This document shows positions 38,832 through 47,694 of a stretch of DNA of 64,000 nucleotides, one piece after another. The stretch is from a virus (taxonomy: Duplodnaviria; Caudoviricetes), in IMG/VR virus record IMGVR_UViG_3300014208_000002, positions 64,001 to 128,000 of that record; one strand, given 5' to 3'. The translations under genes were made by a program, and so were the position numbers. The notes beneath the pieces were generated by a model, which saw only the letters and a list, made by a program, of their open reading frames with translations, made no database searches and was not told the DNA's origin. The first letter of the stretch is position 1. Each line of letters starts with the position of its first letter.

Positions 38832-39305
38832 TTAATGAAAGAAAAAAGGAATCCTCCTACCTCGGGTTAAATGAACCCATTTATTTTCTTGTTTCTCCAT
38901 AAGGAAAAACTTGTCTACTTCTACATTGAAAAAAGGCTCATGCTTTGTGTAAATTGTATCTTTATAATCTACAGGAGAATTTATTATATCTTTCATACGG
39001 CAAAAAAGCAAGGTATTTATTAAAGAATTAAACATAATAAATAATTCAGCTTTTGATTCTGCTTTACGATAGGGAATATCTACAGTTGAATATCCTTGCC
39101 ACTCTCCTTGTTTTGTCCATACCTTTTTAATTTCTACTTCAACAGGGATTGTTTTATTATTCTTCTCCACTAAAAAATCCCAATCTTTATAAGCCTCTTT
39201 AGATGACAATAATTTGTACCCAAATTGTTCAAATAATAACTTACTTTCATTTATAGCCTTTTGATTATTTTCTTTGTATAGTTTTTTATCAAAAGGTTTA
39301 TACAC
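38832..39305 (-). CDS. putative PD-(D/E)XK nuclease
   Basis: WDFLVEK...VEVEIKK motif. Confidence 0.55.
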   Translation of the reverse strand: MYKPFDKKLYKENNQKAINESKLLFEQFGYKLLSSKEAYKDWDFLVEKNNKTIPVEVEIKKVWTKQGEWQGYSTVDIPYRKAESKAELFIMFNSLINTLLFCRMKDIINSPVDYKDTIYTKHEPFFNVEVDKFFLMEKQENKWVHLTRGRRIPFFFH

Positions 39306-39491
39306 TTATTTTCCTGTTCTTAGTATTGCATCAGGAAAAAACGCTTTCATCATTTCTTCCTCTGTTCTACCTTCTAGGGGAAAATTCTTGTATGCCTTTT
39401 TACAAAATATACAATTTTCCACTGGGGATGTTGGATCAAAATTACACCAAGGATGATGAGTTTTTGGAAAATCCATTTTATACTCCTTTTA

Positions 39492-39560
39492 TAGCAGGGG
39501 TAGGTTACGATCCTACTAAGAAAGGCTTATGAGACCTTCCCGCTTCCAAAGCTCCCTGCT
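39492..39560 (-). tRNA. tRNA with CAT anticodon (Met/fMet/Ile2), shortened D-arm
   Basis: AGCAGGG/CCCTGCT; AAGGT-CTCATAA-GCCTT; T-loop ATCGTAA; only 69 nt. Confidence 0.7.
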
Positions 39561-39569
39561 ATGAAATCC

Positions 39570-39644
39570 TGGAGCGTGTCGGATTTGAACCGACCGAAAT
39601 CTTCCTTGCAAAAGAAGCGACCACGCCAAGCAGTCCCACGCCCC
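39570..39644 (-). tRNA. tRNA-Ala(TGC)
   Basis: GGGGCGT/ACGCTCC with G3:U70; CTTCT-TTTGCAA-GGAAG. Confidence 0.92.
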
Positions 39645-39677
39645 AATATTTAATACTAATGCTAAAAATAGAATCTG

Positions 39678-40436
39678 TCAACTATATTTTTTATTCCACT
39701 CTTCGATTCTTTTTAAAAGTTCTTCATAAGTAATAGAAGACTTACTTCCTTTGGATGAATTCTCACTATGTAATAGTAATTTACAATTAGCTGGATGTTT
39801 TATTATTTTTGGATCAATCTTTTTTTCATAACCCTCTTTTACTGAAAACTGATGATCTCTGGAAACACCATATAAATTATTACCGTGATTAGAGGCGGAA
39901 TACCAACCATATTTTTCTATTAAAGAAAAATTAAACTCCTCTGAATATTTTTTTATACTGAAAGTAAATCTGCATTGATTACGATAAGAAATTAGGGAAT
40001 CATTCTTTTTTATCCTATTTTCTTGTAAACAAAGATCAGAACAATATTTTCTTTTTCCAATAAACTTATTACCACAATTTAAACAAACTTTTTCTTTTCT
40101 TGATTCAGGAAGTAATAAACCTCCTTTTATTCTGTTTTCATAAGCATCTTTTATCTTTTGTTTTGTTTTCTCATTCATTTCTCTTTTGTTGGCACAAGAC
40201 CTACTACAAAATAAATGTTTTTTCTTTCTCCAACTTGCTTCTGTCAAGGTAAGTTCAAAGATATTTCCACAACCCTCACAAGAAAGAATTTTAGTTATAT
40301 GTTTAGACATGGCTGATTGTCTAAGTCGTTCATAGCCTTCTTTAGAAAAAGGCTCTTTTTTATGCTTCCAACGAATATGATTCGCCCAAATTTTACCATT
40401 TTCAGTTAAAAAATTACATTCTTTACAAAGATACAT
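39678..40436 (-). mobile_element. free-standing homing endonuclease-like gene (HNH-like C-terminus, Zn-finger repeats)
   Basis: C2H2 CKEC...HIRWKH, CEGCG/FCSRSC repeats, C-terminal SRDH...HPANCKLL..SENSSKG. Confidence 0.7.
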
Positions 40437-40518
40437 AAACTACTCTCCTACCTTTATTAGTAGGTGGAGTTTAAAAAACTCGGACTATAATTATTGTGAA
40501 TACTCCATAAAAATAAAA

Positions 40519-40667
40519 AGCATAGAAACATTCTTTGGAAAAGCGGCAAACTTTCCACAAATACGCTCGGGGTAGCTTTTGCCGTCCAATACAGCTAATC
40601 ACTCTGTTGTTCCCCTAACCAAGCCTTTGGATCGACCTCGAAGAATGTTTCCTAGTCGTTCGATGCT
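40519..40667 (-). ncRNA. unknown structured RNA
   Basis: 11-bp GAAACATTCTT/AAGAATGTTTC stem enclosing TTGGA-CGGCAAA...TTTGCCG-TCCAA and small hairpins. Confidence 0.5.
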
Positions 40668-40701
40668 TTAATCTAACTTTAATATACTATAAATCTATTA
40701 A

Positions 40702-41097
40702 TTATTCTATGTCTATAGTAGGAATAATTACTGAGGGTTTGAATATAATCCTATATTGTGCTGTAGAGATATTTCTTGGATGAATTTGTTCAGCAAAATA
40801 CGTTACATTATCAGATAATCCAAGAAAATGCTTTAGATAAGTTCCATCCTCAGTTTTTACTGTAAGCTCCAATTGATTCTCAATTTCATCAGGTTCTATT
40901 GAACAATAGCCTTCAACCACTAAAATATAAGCGCCGGTAATACCATTATAAAATACTACCCTACGAAATACTTCAAACTGATCTGCGGCGGTAGAGATGT
41001 TATAAGAGGCTATTGCCGCATCTGATTGACATTGAGTTGTAGACACTAACATTAGCAAACTTAGAATGACCAAAATAGAAATAATAATCTTCTTCAT
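40702..41097 (-). CDS. exported conserved phage protein
   Basis: Signal peptide MKKIIISILV; AADQFEVFRRVVFYNGIT...KHFLGLSDNVTYF. Confidence 0.7.
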   Translation of the reverse strand: MKKIIISILVILSLLMLVSTTQCQSDAAIASYNISTAADQFEVFRRVVFYNGITGAYILVVEGYCSIEPDEIENQLELTVKTEDGTYLKHFLGLSDNVTYFAEQIHPRNISTAQYRIIFKPSVIIPTIDIE

Positions 41098-41372
41098 ATT
41101 CTCTCCTTTATCCATCTTTGTACTGATGATTTCGATATCTCTTCCAACATCTAAAATCACCTACTTTATCATTTACATAAGTAAAAATTCTTTTTTGGTG
41201 TCTACCATCAAAACCTGAATAACCACATCCAAAATACTCATTATAATTATTTGGAATAATGAGATCTTTAATTTTCCATTCTCGATAAGATAAAAAAGAC
41301 TCCTGAATATCTTCGGCGTAGTACATTGTGTACCTCCACCTAATGAAACTTCATAGTACCTCCTTATTTTTA

Positions 41373-41445
41373 CGCCCCTGGCCGGTGCCGACCCGACTAT
41401 CTCCGCAGTGACAGTGCGGCGACTCTGCTGTTTGTCTTCAGAGGC
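41373..41445 (-). tRNA. tRNA-Asp(GTC), non-canonical D/T loops
   Basis: GCCTCTG/CAGGGGC; CCGCA-CTGTCAC-TGCGG; T-loop GTCGGCA; D-loop lacks GG. Confidence 0.75.
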
Positions 41446-41468
41446 AAAAAATAGGCGCTGAAAATCCT

Positions 41469-41643
41469 AATCTGCCGACTAGGTAAACACTTACTTTTGG
41501 GATAAATCCCTCAGTACGCCGTGTGTTCTTTATTTTTCGGCTCTTTATCTCGTTGACTACCTTACTAGGGCAGAGCCGGGTGGGATTAAATCCTCCCAAT
41601 TTGCAACGCTGGTCATTATCCATCATACCAGATTCGGCGGACT
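41469..41643 (-). ncRNA. unknown structured RNA
   Basis: AGTCCGCCGA/TCGGCAGATT closing stem; internal CTGGT/ACCAG, CGGCTCT/AGAGCCG, GGGAT/ATCCC hairpins. Confidence 0.5.
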
Positions 41644-41698
41644 AATTAACCCCTATCCAAATCCGGGGATTCGTTTAACGATACGAATATCGAGTAAG

Positions 41699-41780
41699 TG
41701 GGTAGAGTAGGACTTGAACCTACGGTGTTTCTATGTGGGGCGTTTACAGCGCCTTGCCTTCGCCACTGGGCTACCTACCC
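41699..41780 (-). tRNA. tRNA-Tyr(GTA)
   Basis: GGGTAGG acceptor; CTGTAAA loop; variable arm. Confidence 0.92.
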
Positions 41781-41999
41781 AAGAAAATAGAATCTATAAA
41801 AAGAAGAGTGCTGGTCTTCTCTTTATTTTTGTACTCCAGTCTGATTCAAATGCTGGCCGGTTTTACCCTGTTGTGTTTTTAACAATCAAACACACTTAAA
41901 AACGGGATAGATTACATTAACGCCCCCAACCTCCAAAATGGCGGGTTGAATACAGTAACCAACTGCCGCTTTTTTAGGATAAGCAGTAAATCCAGCTAT

Positions 42000-42072
42000 C
42001 GTCTCCAGTAGGTACTGCCCCTACCTCCACGGATTAACAGTCCGTACCCTCACTATGACGGGCCTTGGAGAC
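42000..42072 (-). tRNA. tRNA-Asn(GTT), non-canonical T-loop
   Basis: GTCTCCA/TGGAGAC; ACGGA-CTGTTAA-TCCGT; T-arm GTAGG-GGCAGTA-CCTAC. Confidence 0.8.
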
Positions 42073-42263
42073 ACTTTCAAAGAACACGAGCGGTTATCAC
42101 CCAAGGTTTCCCCTGGTAGACTCCACATTGACACAGGGGAAACTATGAAGCCCCTGTTTTATGTCAAGTACGCTCTAGCCTCTATGTGCGCTTCTAAAAC
42201 TATAACCTTCTATAGTAAACCTTCTACCGACACGCAGGGTCAGTACGCACTAAGATTTATTTA

Positions 42264-42336
42264 TACGGGCTATAGGGCTTGAACCTATGACCTGAGCCAT
42301 GTAAAGACCCCGCTCTCCCAACTGAGCTAAACCCGC
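42264..42336 (-). tRNA. tRNA-Val(TAC)
   Basis: GGGTC-TTTACAT-GGCTC; canonical D/T arms. Confidence 0.9.
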
Positions 42337-42533
42337 ATAAAAGAGTGGATGGAAGTTTCCTTCCGCCTCCAGATGCCCGATCAAAGAATCCTTCTACGGC
42401 TTTATCCACTCACCAGTTTTTATATATCCTACTGTCATCGAATTGATCGCCTGATAAGGCTACGGAGCGATGAAACTCCTTCACAATTCCAGTAGATGCC
42501 ATTGCCGCAAGACTGGCTACGGTTGGTCTTTTC

Positions 42534-42607
42534 TAACCTCTTTGGGATTTGAACCCAATATGAATAGCTCCTTAAAACTATTCACTTCCCCATCCAGAAT
42601 AAAGGCT
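42534..42607 (-). pseudogene. degenerate tRNA with enlarged anticodon arm
   Basis: AGCCTTT/AGAGGTT acceptor, TTGGG-TTCAAAT-CCCAA T-arm, 8-bp GTGAATAG/CTATTCAT arm with 10-nt loop. Confidence 0.5.
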
Positions 42608-42631
42608 GTTCCAAAACTCACTCTATACATT

Positions 42632-42660
42632 ATTATACCTGATCTTCTTCAAGGAGTCAA
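42632..42660 (-). promoter_or_regulatory. sigma70-type promoter
   Basis: TTGACT-N17-TATAAT. Confidence 0.7.
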
Positions 42661-42823
42661 GTTTTTATTTCTTCTGTACCAATATTTTTTTCTACATATT
42701 CCCTAAGAAAAAGATTGACAAGTTGATTTAATGTAATGTCCCTTTTGTGGGCTTCAAACATAAGGGAGAAGAGAGCTTCATTTGGCAAGTCAATTTCAAT
42801 CTCTTCCATAATTTTTCTCCAAA

Positions 42824-42894
42824 AGCTCCCTTGGTGAGTCGAACACCAGTCTGAAGATTACAAGTCTACGGTAATACCGTTATACTAAGGGAGC
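42824..42894 (-). tRNA. tRNA-Thr(TGT)
   Basis: GCTCCCT/AGGGAGC; CTTGTAA loop. Confidence 0.88.
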
Positions 42895-42901
42895 AAATAT
42901 T

Positions 42902-43207
42902 CTAATCTAAAAATAACATTTCCTCTAACCTTTCTTTAGTAAGAAGCCCGATATGCCTTGCTTTCTCTTTTCCTCCTTTGAATACAATAAATGTAGGAAC
43001 CGAAGTTATCTGATACTCATTTTTTAGTAGCGAATTATTTATTGCATCCACCTTAGAGAATAGAACTGAATTATATTCCTTTTCCCATTCCAGCATCAAA
43101 GGTTCCATTTTCTTACACGGCGCACAAGTATGAGAATAAAAATCTACTACTGCTACAGTATCCTTATATATTGTAGTGCTAAATGTCTCATCTGTCAACT
43201 CTAACAT
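42902..43207 (-). CDS. thioredoxin
   Basis: VVDFYSHTCAPCK, cis-Pro VPTF; true start MLELTDETF (longer ORF-track call overlaps tRNA-Pro). Confidence 0.9.
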   Translation of the reverse strand: MLELTDETFSTTIYKDTVAVVDFYSHTCAPCKKMEPLMLEWEKEYNSVLFSKVDAINNSLLKNEYQITSVPTFIVFKGGKEKARHIGLLTKERLEEMLFLD

Positions 43208-43221
43208 TGTTTTTTTCTCCT

Positions 43222-43298
43222 TCTGTCTGGTAGGATTTGAACCTACGATGAATACTTGCTCCCAAAGCAAGCGGTTTCGACCTCTCACCCACAGACAG
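43222..43298 (-). tRNA. tRNA-Pro(TGG)
   Basis: CTGTCTG/CAGACAG; CTTGC-TTTGGGA-GCAAG. Confidence 0.9.
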
Positions 43299-43321
43299 TT
43301 ATATCTAAAATACTTAGTAGA

Positions 43322-43753
43322 TTATTTCTTCCAAGGTGGATTAGAAATAGGTGGATTAGAAAATAGATTTTCTTCAGCATAGTCTTTAGAAAATTTCTCT
43401 AACCATTTACGATACTTTATATAGTCCTTCTTTGAGAGAAAGAGATACACACCCTCATTTCTAATTTCCCAAGCATTGAAAGTATTTTGGGTATAGGGAT
43501 TATAATAACAAAGTGTGCTATCCGAAGAAAGTCTAATATATTTATCTTTTAGTTCTACCAAACTTAAAACTATGCCTTGAGCATCTTCAAGAGTTCCATT
43601 TGCCCAAGAATCATTTTTAATTTCAGATAGATGTAAAGTATAAGAAAAATTATTTACTCGGATTTTTACTAATTTGTTAGAAAGAATCCCAACTGCTATA
43701 AATAGCACTATCACAGATATACAAATTATAATATACTTCATATTCGCCTCCAA
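43322..43753 (-). CDS. membrane-anchored hypothetical protein
   Basis: N-terminal TM segment. Confidence 0.55.
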   Translation of the reverse strand: MEANMKYIIICISVIVLFIAVGILSNKLVKIRVNNFSYTLHLSEIKNDSWANGTLEDAQGIVLSLVELKDKYIRLSSDSTLCYYNPYTQNTFNAWEIRNEGVYLFLSKKDYIKYRKWLEKFSKDYAEENLFSNPPISNPPWKK

Positions 43754-43761
43754 TAAAATTT

Positions 43762-44430
43762 CTACAACGGAAATTTAGATTCCGTAACAATAACCTTATC
43801 CTTTAGTATCGTCTCTCCTTTCACTAACCAAGATGTTCCAAAAGCATAAAGCATTATTGTCTCAAAAAATACTATAGCTCCATTATCTCCTGAAACAAAT
43901 TTAACATAGATAACATCTAATATGCAACAGGCAAAAATAACTATTCCACAGATACGATATATAAGATTTCTCTTTTCTTTCTCGGATGTCATCGGCTTAT
44001 TCGGTGTCGTTTTTGTAAACAGAAAGAAAGAATTAAAAGCCAAGGTAAGAAAAAATGTTCCTGCGCTAATCAAATGTATCATATTAGAAACTGCTGGATT
44101 CAATTGAAATATGCTAACCTTATCCCAAATTGTCGGGTCAAGCCTACAGGGAAATAATGCTATTCCAACTGCTGAAATAGATAAAATCCAAGACACTGCC
44201 CTATCTATTTTATCATATCCGCCGTAAGTAGACATGAACAAGCCCACACAAACAAGCAACCCAACAAAAAAGTCCCGAACATTAGTATGATAATAAGCAC
44301 TAATTGAGCCTTGAAGTTCTAATCCCCCAAAGAGCATCCCAAAGGCAACACACACTGTTGGTAGGAGTATCCCCAATATTCCAATCATTTTCCGAAGAGT
44401 AAGATAAGAAACTGAATATCTATCACCCAT
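43762..44430 (-). CDS. multi-pass membrane protein (DUF998-like)
   Basis: LRKMIGILG, SISAYYHT, about six TM helices. Confidence 0.7.
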   Translation of the reverse strand: MGDRYSVSYLTLRKMIGILGILLPTVCVAFGMLFGGLELQGSISAYYHTNVRDFFVGLLVCVGLFMSTYGGYDKIDRAVSWILSISAVGIALFPCRLDPTIWDKVSIFQLNPAVSNMIHLISAGTFFLTLAFNSFFLFTKTTPNKPMTSEKEKRNLIYRICGIVIFACCILDVIYVKFVSGDNGAIVFFETIMLYAFGTSWLVKGETILKDKVIVTESKFPL

Positions 44431-44448
44431 AACTTTCTCCTATTTAAT

Positions 44449-44685
44449 TTACTTGATATATTTATTTAATACTCTTGTAAGCTCTTCAGCGGTTTGAATT
44501 CGCTCGCTGAAAAGAATACTTCTGTCTTCTCTCACTGAACAAAAAACATCTGTATATTCATTATAGTATTCTATTTTTATAATAGTAGGTCCATTCAACA
44601 GCGTAATAAATTTTCCATCATTACCAATAGATTCTACGGAAAATCTATCATACGGAATTGCCCCGAGAAAATCTTCTAATAACAT
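44449..44685 (-). CDS. hypothetical protein
   Basis: ORF. Confidence 0.5.
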   Translation of the reverse strand: MLLEDFLGAIPYDRFSVESIGNDGKFITLLNGPTIIKIEYYNEYTDVFCSVREDRSILFSERIQTAEELTRVLNKYIK

Positions 44686-45010
44686 AATACTTTTTACCTC
44701 ATAAATTCTTTTATTCTATATTTAGTTTAAAAACAACATAAAAAATAAGCTCTGCAAAAACACTAATAGCAATTCCACCTACAAATATTAAAATATACAC
44801 TAAAAACATATTTTTCTCCTCTTGAAAGAATTAGCTTTTGATAAAACCAAAAGCTATTTTCTAAAAAGCCAATGAAAAAAAGAAAAAATGAGAGTTATAG
44901 TGAATAAAAATCCTTGAGTTATTACAAAGTAAAACCCAAACCAATTAAGCCAGTCCCATGTACTTGTGTCCATAGTATTTTAGTAGGCAAAATAGAAAAA
45001 TCTTTACTTT

Positions 45011-45334
45011 CTATTCTTCGTCTTCTTTCCTTTCTCTGCTTATGTCATAACTACAGTCAATAAAAATTAACTCACATGCAGGAGGGAGATTAAAATAAAA
45101 AGATTGCCCCGATAATTCTACTGAAAATTCAGTAGAAGTTTTTGTCCCTGCTTCTTTTATCAAGTGAACAAACTCTTTAGCACCTTCCTCTGTTTTAAAA
45201 AAGAATTCTCTTCCAATATCTACAGACTTACCCTCTTTATCATAATAGCAAATGTCTAATGTTACCCTATAAAAAATTACTTTCGTAAACACTTTAATTT
45301 CTTCTGTTCCTTTTACTTTTCCAAAAATACCCAT
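45011..45334 (-). CDS. hypothetical protein
   Basis: GGAGGA SD. Confidence 0.6.
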   Translation of the reverse strand: MGIFGKVKGTEEIKVFTKVIFYRVTLDICYYDKEGKSVDIGREFFFKTEEGAKEFVHLIKEAGTKTSTEFSVELSGQSFYFNLPPACELIFIDCSYDISRERKEDEE

Positions 45335-45362
45335 CTTATTCCTCCTTAAAATTAAATCCTTA

Positions 45363-45447
45363 AAACCGGGACGGGACTTGAACCCGCATAGGTAAATACC
45401 CTTTACTGTTTTGCAGACAGCCTCCTAGCCAATTCGGACACCCGGTT
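45363..45447 (-). tRNA. tRNA-Cys(GCA) with long variable arm
   Basis: AACCGGG/CCCGGTT, U73; GCTGT-CTGCAAA-ACAGT; 17-nt variable region with GGT-ATTT-ACC hairpin. Confidence 0.85.
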
Positions 45448-45814
45448 ATGATTCGCCCCTTAATGCTTCAAGAATTCTTTTAACTTCCTCTAACTCTTTT
45501 TCTTTACCGGAATAATAACGCTCTAATAGAACCTTTTTTCTTTCTAATTCTCTGGTTTTAATTTTTATTATAGTTTCTTCCACCCTATCTGTTTGATCTA
45601 CGATTTCAGATATCTCTGCACTTAAAATAACCAACTTTGCAGTAGGAATATCAGGATACATATTTTTCCATCGAGTAATTTGAGAAAGAGCTTGTCCCTT
45701 CTTAATCCAAATTTTACCTTTTTCAAGTTCATCTACCCAATGCTTTCCACCCCCACCATAACCAGTAGAGCGAAGATATTTTCCGTCAGCGGATTGAACC
45801 ATATATAGAAACAT
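45446..45814 (-). CDS. hypothetical protein
   Basis: AGGAGA SD, ORF. Confidence 0.65.
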   Translation of the reverse strand: MFLYMVQSADGKYLRSTGYGGGGKHWVDELEKGKIWIKKGQALSQITRWKNMYPDIPTAKLVILSAEISEIVDQTDRVEETIIKIKTRELERKKVLLERYYSGKEKELEEVKRILEALRGES

Positions 45815-45941
45815 ATTTATTCTCCTTTTATTTTCCTAAAGACCGTCGCCGATAAAAGTCCCATCGGTAATCACCCTCGGCAAGGCCCCTTGGGAAAAAT
45901 CATCATAACATACCTCCTTTATTTTTTAATTTCTGAAAAAG

Positions 45942-46019
45942 AGCGGATAGTGGGATTTGAACCCACGATGATATCCTACTTGGAAGGCAGGTGCAATCGA
46001 CCAACTATGCGATATCCGC
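45942..46019 (-). tRNA. tRNA-Gly(TCC)
   Basis: GCGGATA/TATCCGC; CCTGC-CTTCCAA-GTAGG. Confidence 0.92.
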
Positions 46020-46028
46020 ATGAAAACT

Positions 46029-46100
46029 TGGGGAGGGGTGGACTCGAACCACCGAAGACGGATTTTCAGTCCGTTGCTTTACCTGTTAGGCTACATCCCC
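46029..46100 (-). tRNA. tRNA-Phe(GAA)
   Basis: ACGGA-CTGAAAA-TCCGT; GGTTCGAGTCC. Confidence 0.9.
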
Positions 46101-46118
46101 ATTTACTTTTATGAACCT

Positions 46119-46191
46119 TGCGAGGTCGAGGAGTTGAACCTCGGACATCCACCTTATCAGAGTGGCGCTCTACCAACTGAGCTAACCTCGC
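46119..46191 (-). tRNA. tRNA-Ile(GAT)
   Basis: GCGAGGT/ACCTCGC; CCACT-CTGATAA-GGTGG. Confidence 0.93.
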
Positions 46192-46198
46192 ATAAAAA

Positions 46199-46370
46199 GG
46201 AAGCATAGCACGCTGAGGTCAATTGCTTTCGCAATTTTCTATGGGATATTAAAGGGTCATGACTCCCTTCATAATTTTCCCTTCCCAATCTCACTACATA
46301 TGGTGTCTAGAACATAGTAGATTATTGACTGCTCAATCGTCCAAACTTAACTGGACGAGTCTATGCTTCC
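46199..46370 (-). ncRNA. unknown structured RNA
   Basis: Perfect 10-bp GGAAGCATAG/CTATGCTTCC closing stem; internal CGTCCAG/TTGGACG, AAGGG/CCCTT, ATTGC-GAAA-GCAAT. Confidence 0.55.
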
Positions 46371-46450
46371 ATTTATTTTAGTAGTCATTATTCCCTCATG
46401 TTCACGGTGTTCATGCAACCGTGAACAGGGGGAATTTCGTGAACAATTAC

Positions 46451-46978
46451 CTACCGAGAAACATTCAGCTTCGGAACATTCAAAGGAAGTGGCGAATCAG
46501 AATAAATGTAACTTGCCCCTGCCCCTGCCCATTCTACTGCTATCCCCTCTGCGGTAAAGAAACGAATTCCAGGATTATTGTCTCCATAGGTTCCATCAAT
46601 ATCGGGAGCGGAAATTACTTCATAAGTAGCAGACAGTTCACTTCCATTCGTTGAATAAAGCTTTGTGTATGCTTCCTCCGGCATAAGATACGACCGAGTG
46701 CTTGCGGGCTTTCCATCTGCTACATAATATCCAATAATGTTTCCAAAGGAAATCAAATAGACATAAGTAACAATCGACGGCTTATCCCAACGCTCTGCCC
46801 ACTTTGCGATAGTGCGCTTTTCCTGAAAATAGGAAACTTCAGGAATAGGAACTATTGTCGCCGCCCTTTCTGCCATTGCACTCTGAGCTTTCTGTGCAAC
46901 TTGCCTAGCATTATCCGCTACCTCACAAGAGGAAAAAATTACAGAAAACAAAATCGCAAGAAAAATAAAACGCTTCAT
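46451..46978 (-). CDS. putative lipoprotein, conserved phage hypothetical
   Basis: Lipobox FSSC; DIDGTYGDNNPGIRFFT. Confidence 0.7.
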   Translation of the reverse strand: MKRFIFLAILFSVIFSSCEVADNARQVAQKAQSAMAERAATIVPIPEVSYFQEKRTIAKWAERWDKPSIVTYVYLISFGNIIGYYVADGKPASTRSYLMPEEAYTKLYSTNGSELSATYEVISAPDIDGTYGDNNPGIRFFTAEGIAVEWAGAGASYIYSDSPLPLNVPKLNVSR

Positions 46979-46982
46979 TTAG

Positions 46983-47360
46983 TTACTCCCTTCCGAGTTC
47001 AATTTGATAAGGAAGGTCATCTGCCTTCCACAAGTTCCGAGTAATCATCCTAGACTTAGAATTATACTCGGCAATAGCCCGATTAAGAACCATTGACATT
47101 CCAGGACGCTCGGACGCATCAGGAGGAAGAACCTCTATATTTGCCTCCTGTGCCTGAATCTGATTGTACTGGTCATAGAACCATTCATAGTTCTGAATGA
47201 CCGCCTTTGCATTTACCGTCTTCGTTATGAGCGAAAACGGAAAAATGTTTGCGAAGAAACTGATGACAAGATAGACAGCAACGATACCGAGAAAAATCCC
47301 AATACCCTTTGTCCACTTCTTACCAACTTCTTCCTCCAGCAAATCCCGAAACTCTCCCAT
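46983..47360 (-). CDS. membrane-anchored hypothetical protein
   Basis: TM helix; NYEWFYDQY...IAEYNSKS. Confidence 0.7.
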   Translation of the reverse strand: MGEFRDLLEEEVGKKWTKGIGIFLGIVAVYLVISFFANIFPFSLITKTVNAKAVIQNYEWFYDQYNQIQAQEANIEVLPPDASERPGMSMVLNRAIAEYNSKSRMITRNLWKADDLPYQIELGRE

Positions 47361-47694
47361 TTACTGAGCCTCCTTATGCGTTTCCTGAAACCAACGAATT
47401 GATACATCAATAGTCTGCGCTACCTGTGAACGCATTCCTTCTCCACCTTTAAGAAGTAACGCTGAATGAATTTCTTGAGTAAACTTATCTATAAGTTCTT
47501 GATAGGTATAATCAGCAAGTTCTTTCATTTAACACTCCTTAACGCTTTCTTGAGAACAAAGCGATTGACTATTATCTCTCTACTCGGATTTGAGAGAGTG
47601 ATAGTTACTTCATCCCAACGACCACCTTTAGAAATTGTTATACTATTTTCGTAATCTGAGTTATTTGAATCATAAATAGCATCTATTAAAGTTT

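Noticed and set aside
42440-42480. Hammerhead-like CTGATAAG...GAAAC on the plus strand
   Set aside because: The core deviates from CUGANGA, stems I and III are not evident, and it lies antisense to the transcribed strand.
42902-43288. N-terminal extensions in ORF-track calls (thioredoxin, 18876-19124, 40702-41160, 50681-52810)
   Set aside because: The extensions run into tRNA genes or lack SD sites; downstream ATGs with good SD sites were used instead.
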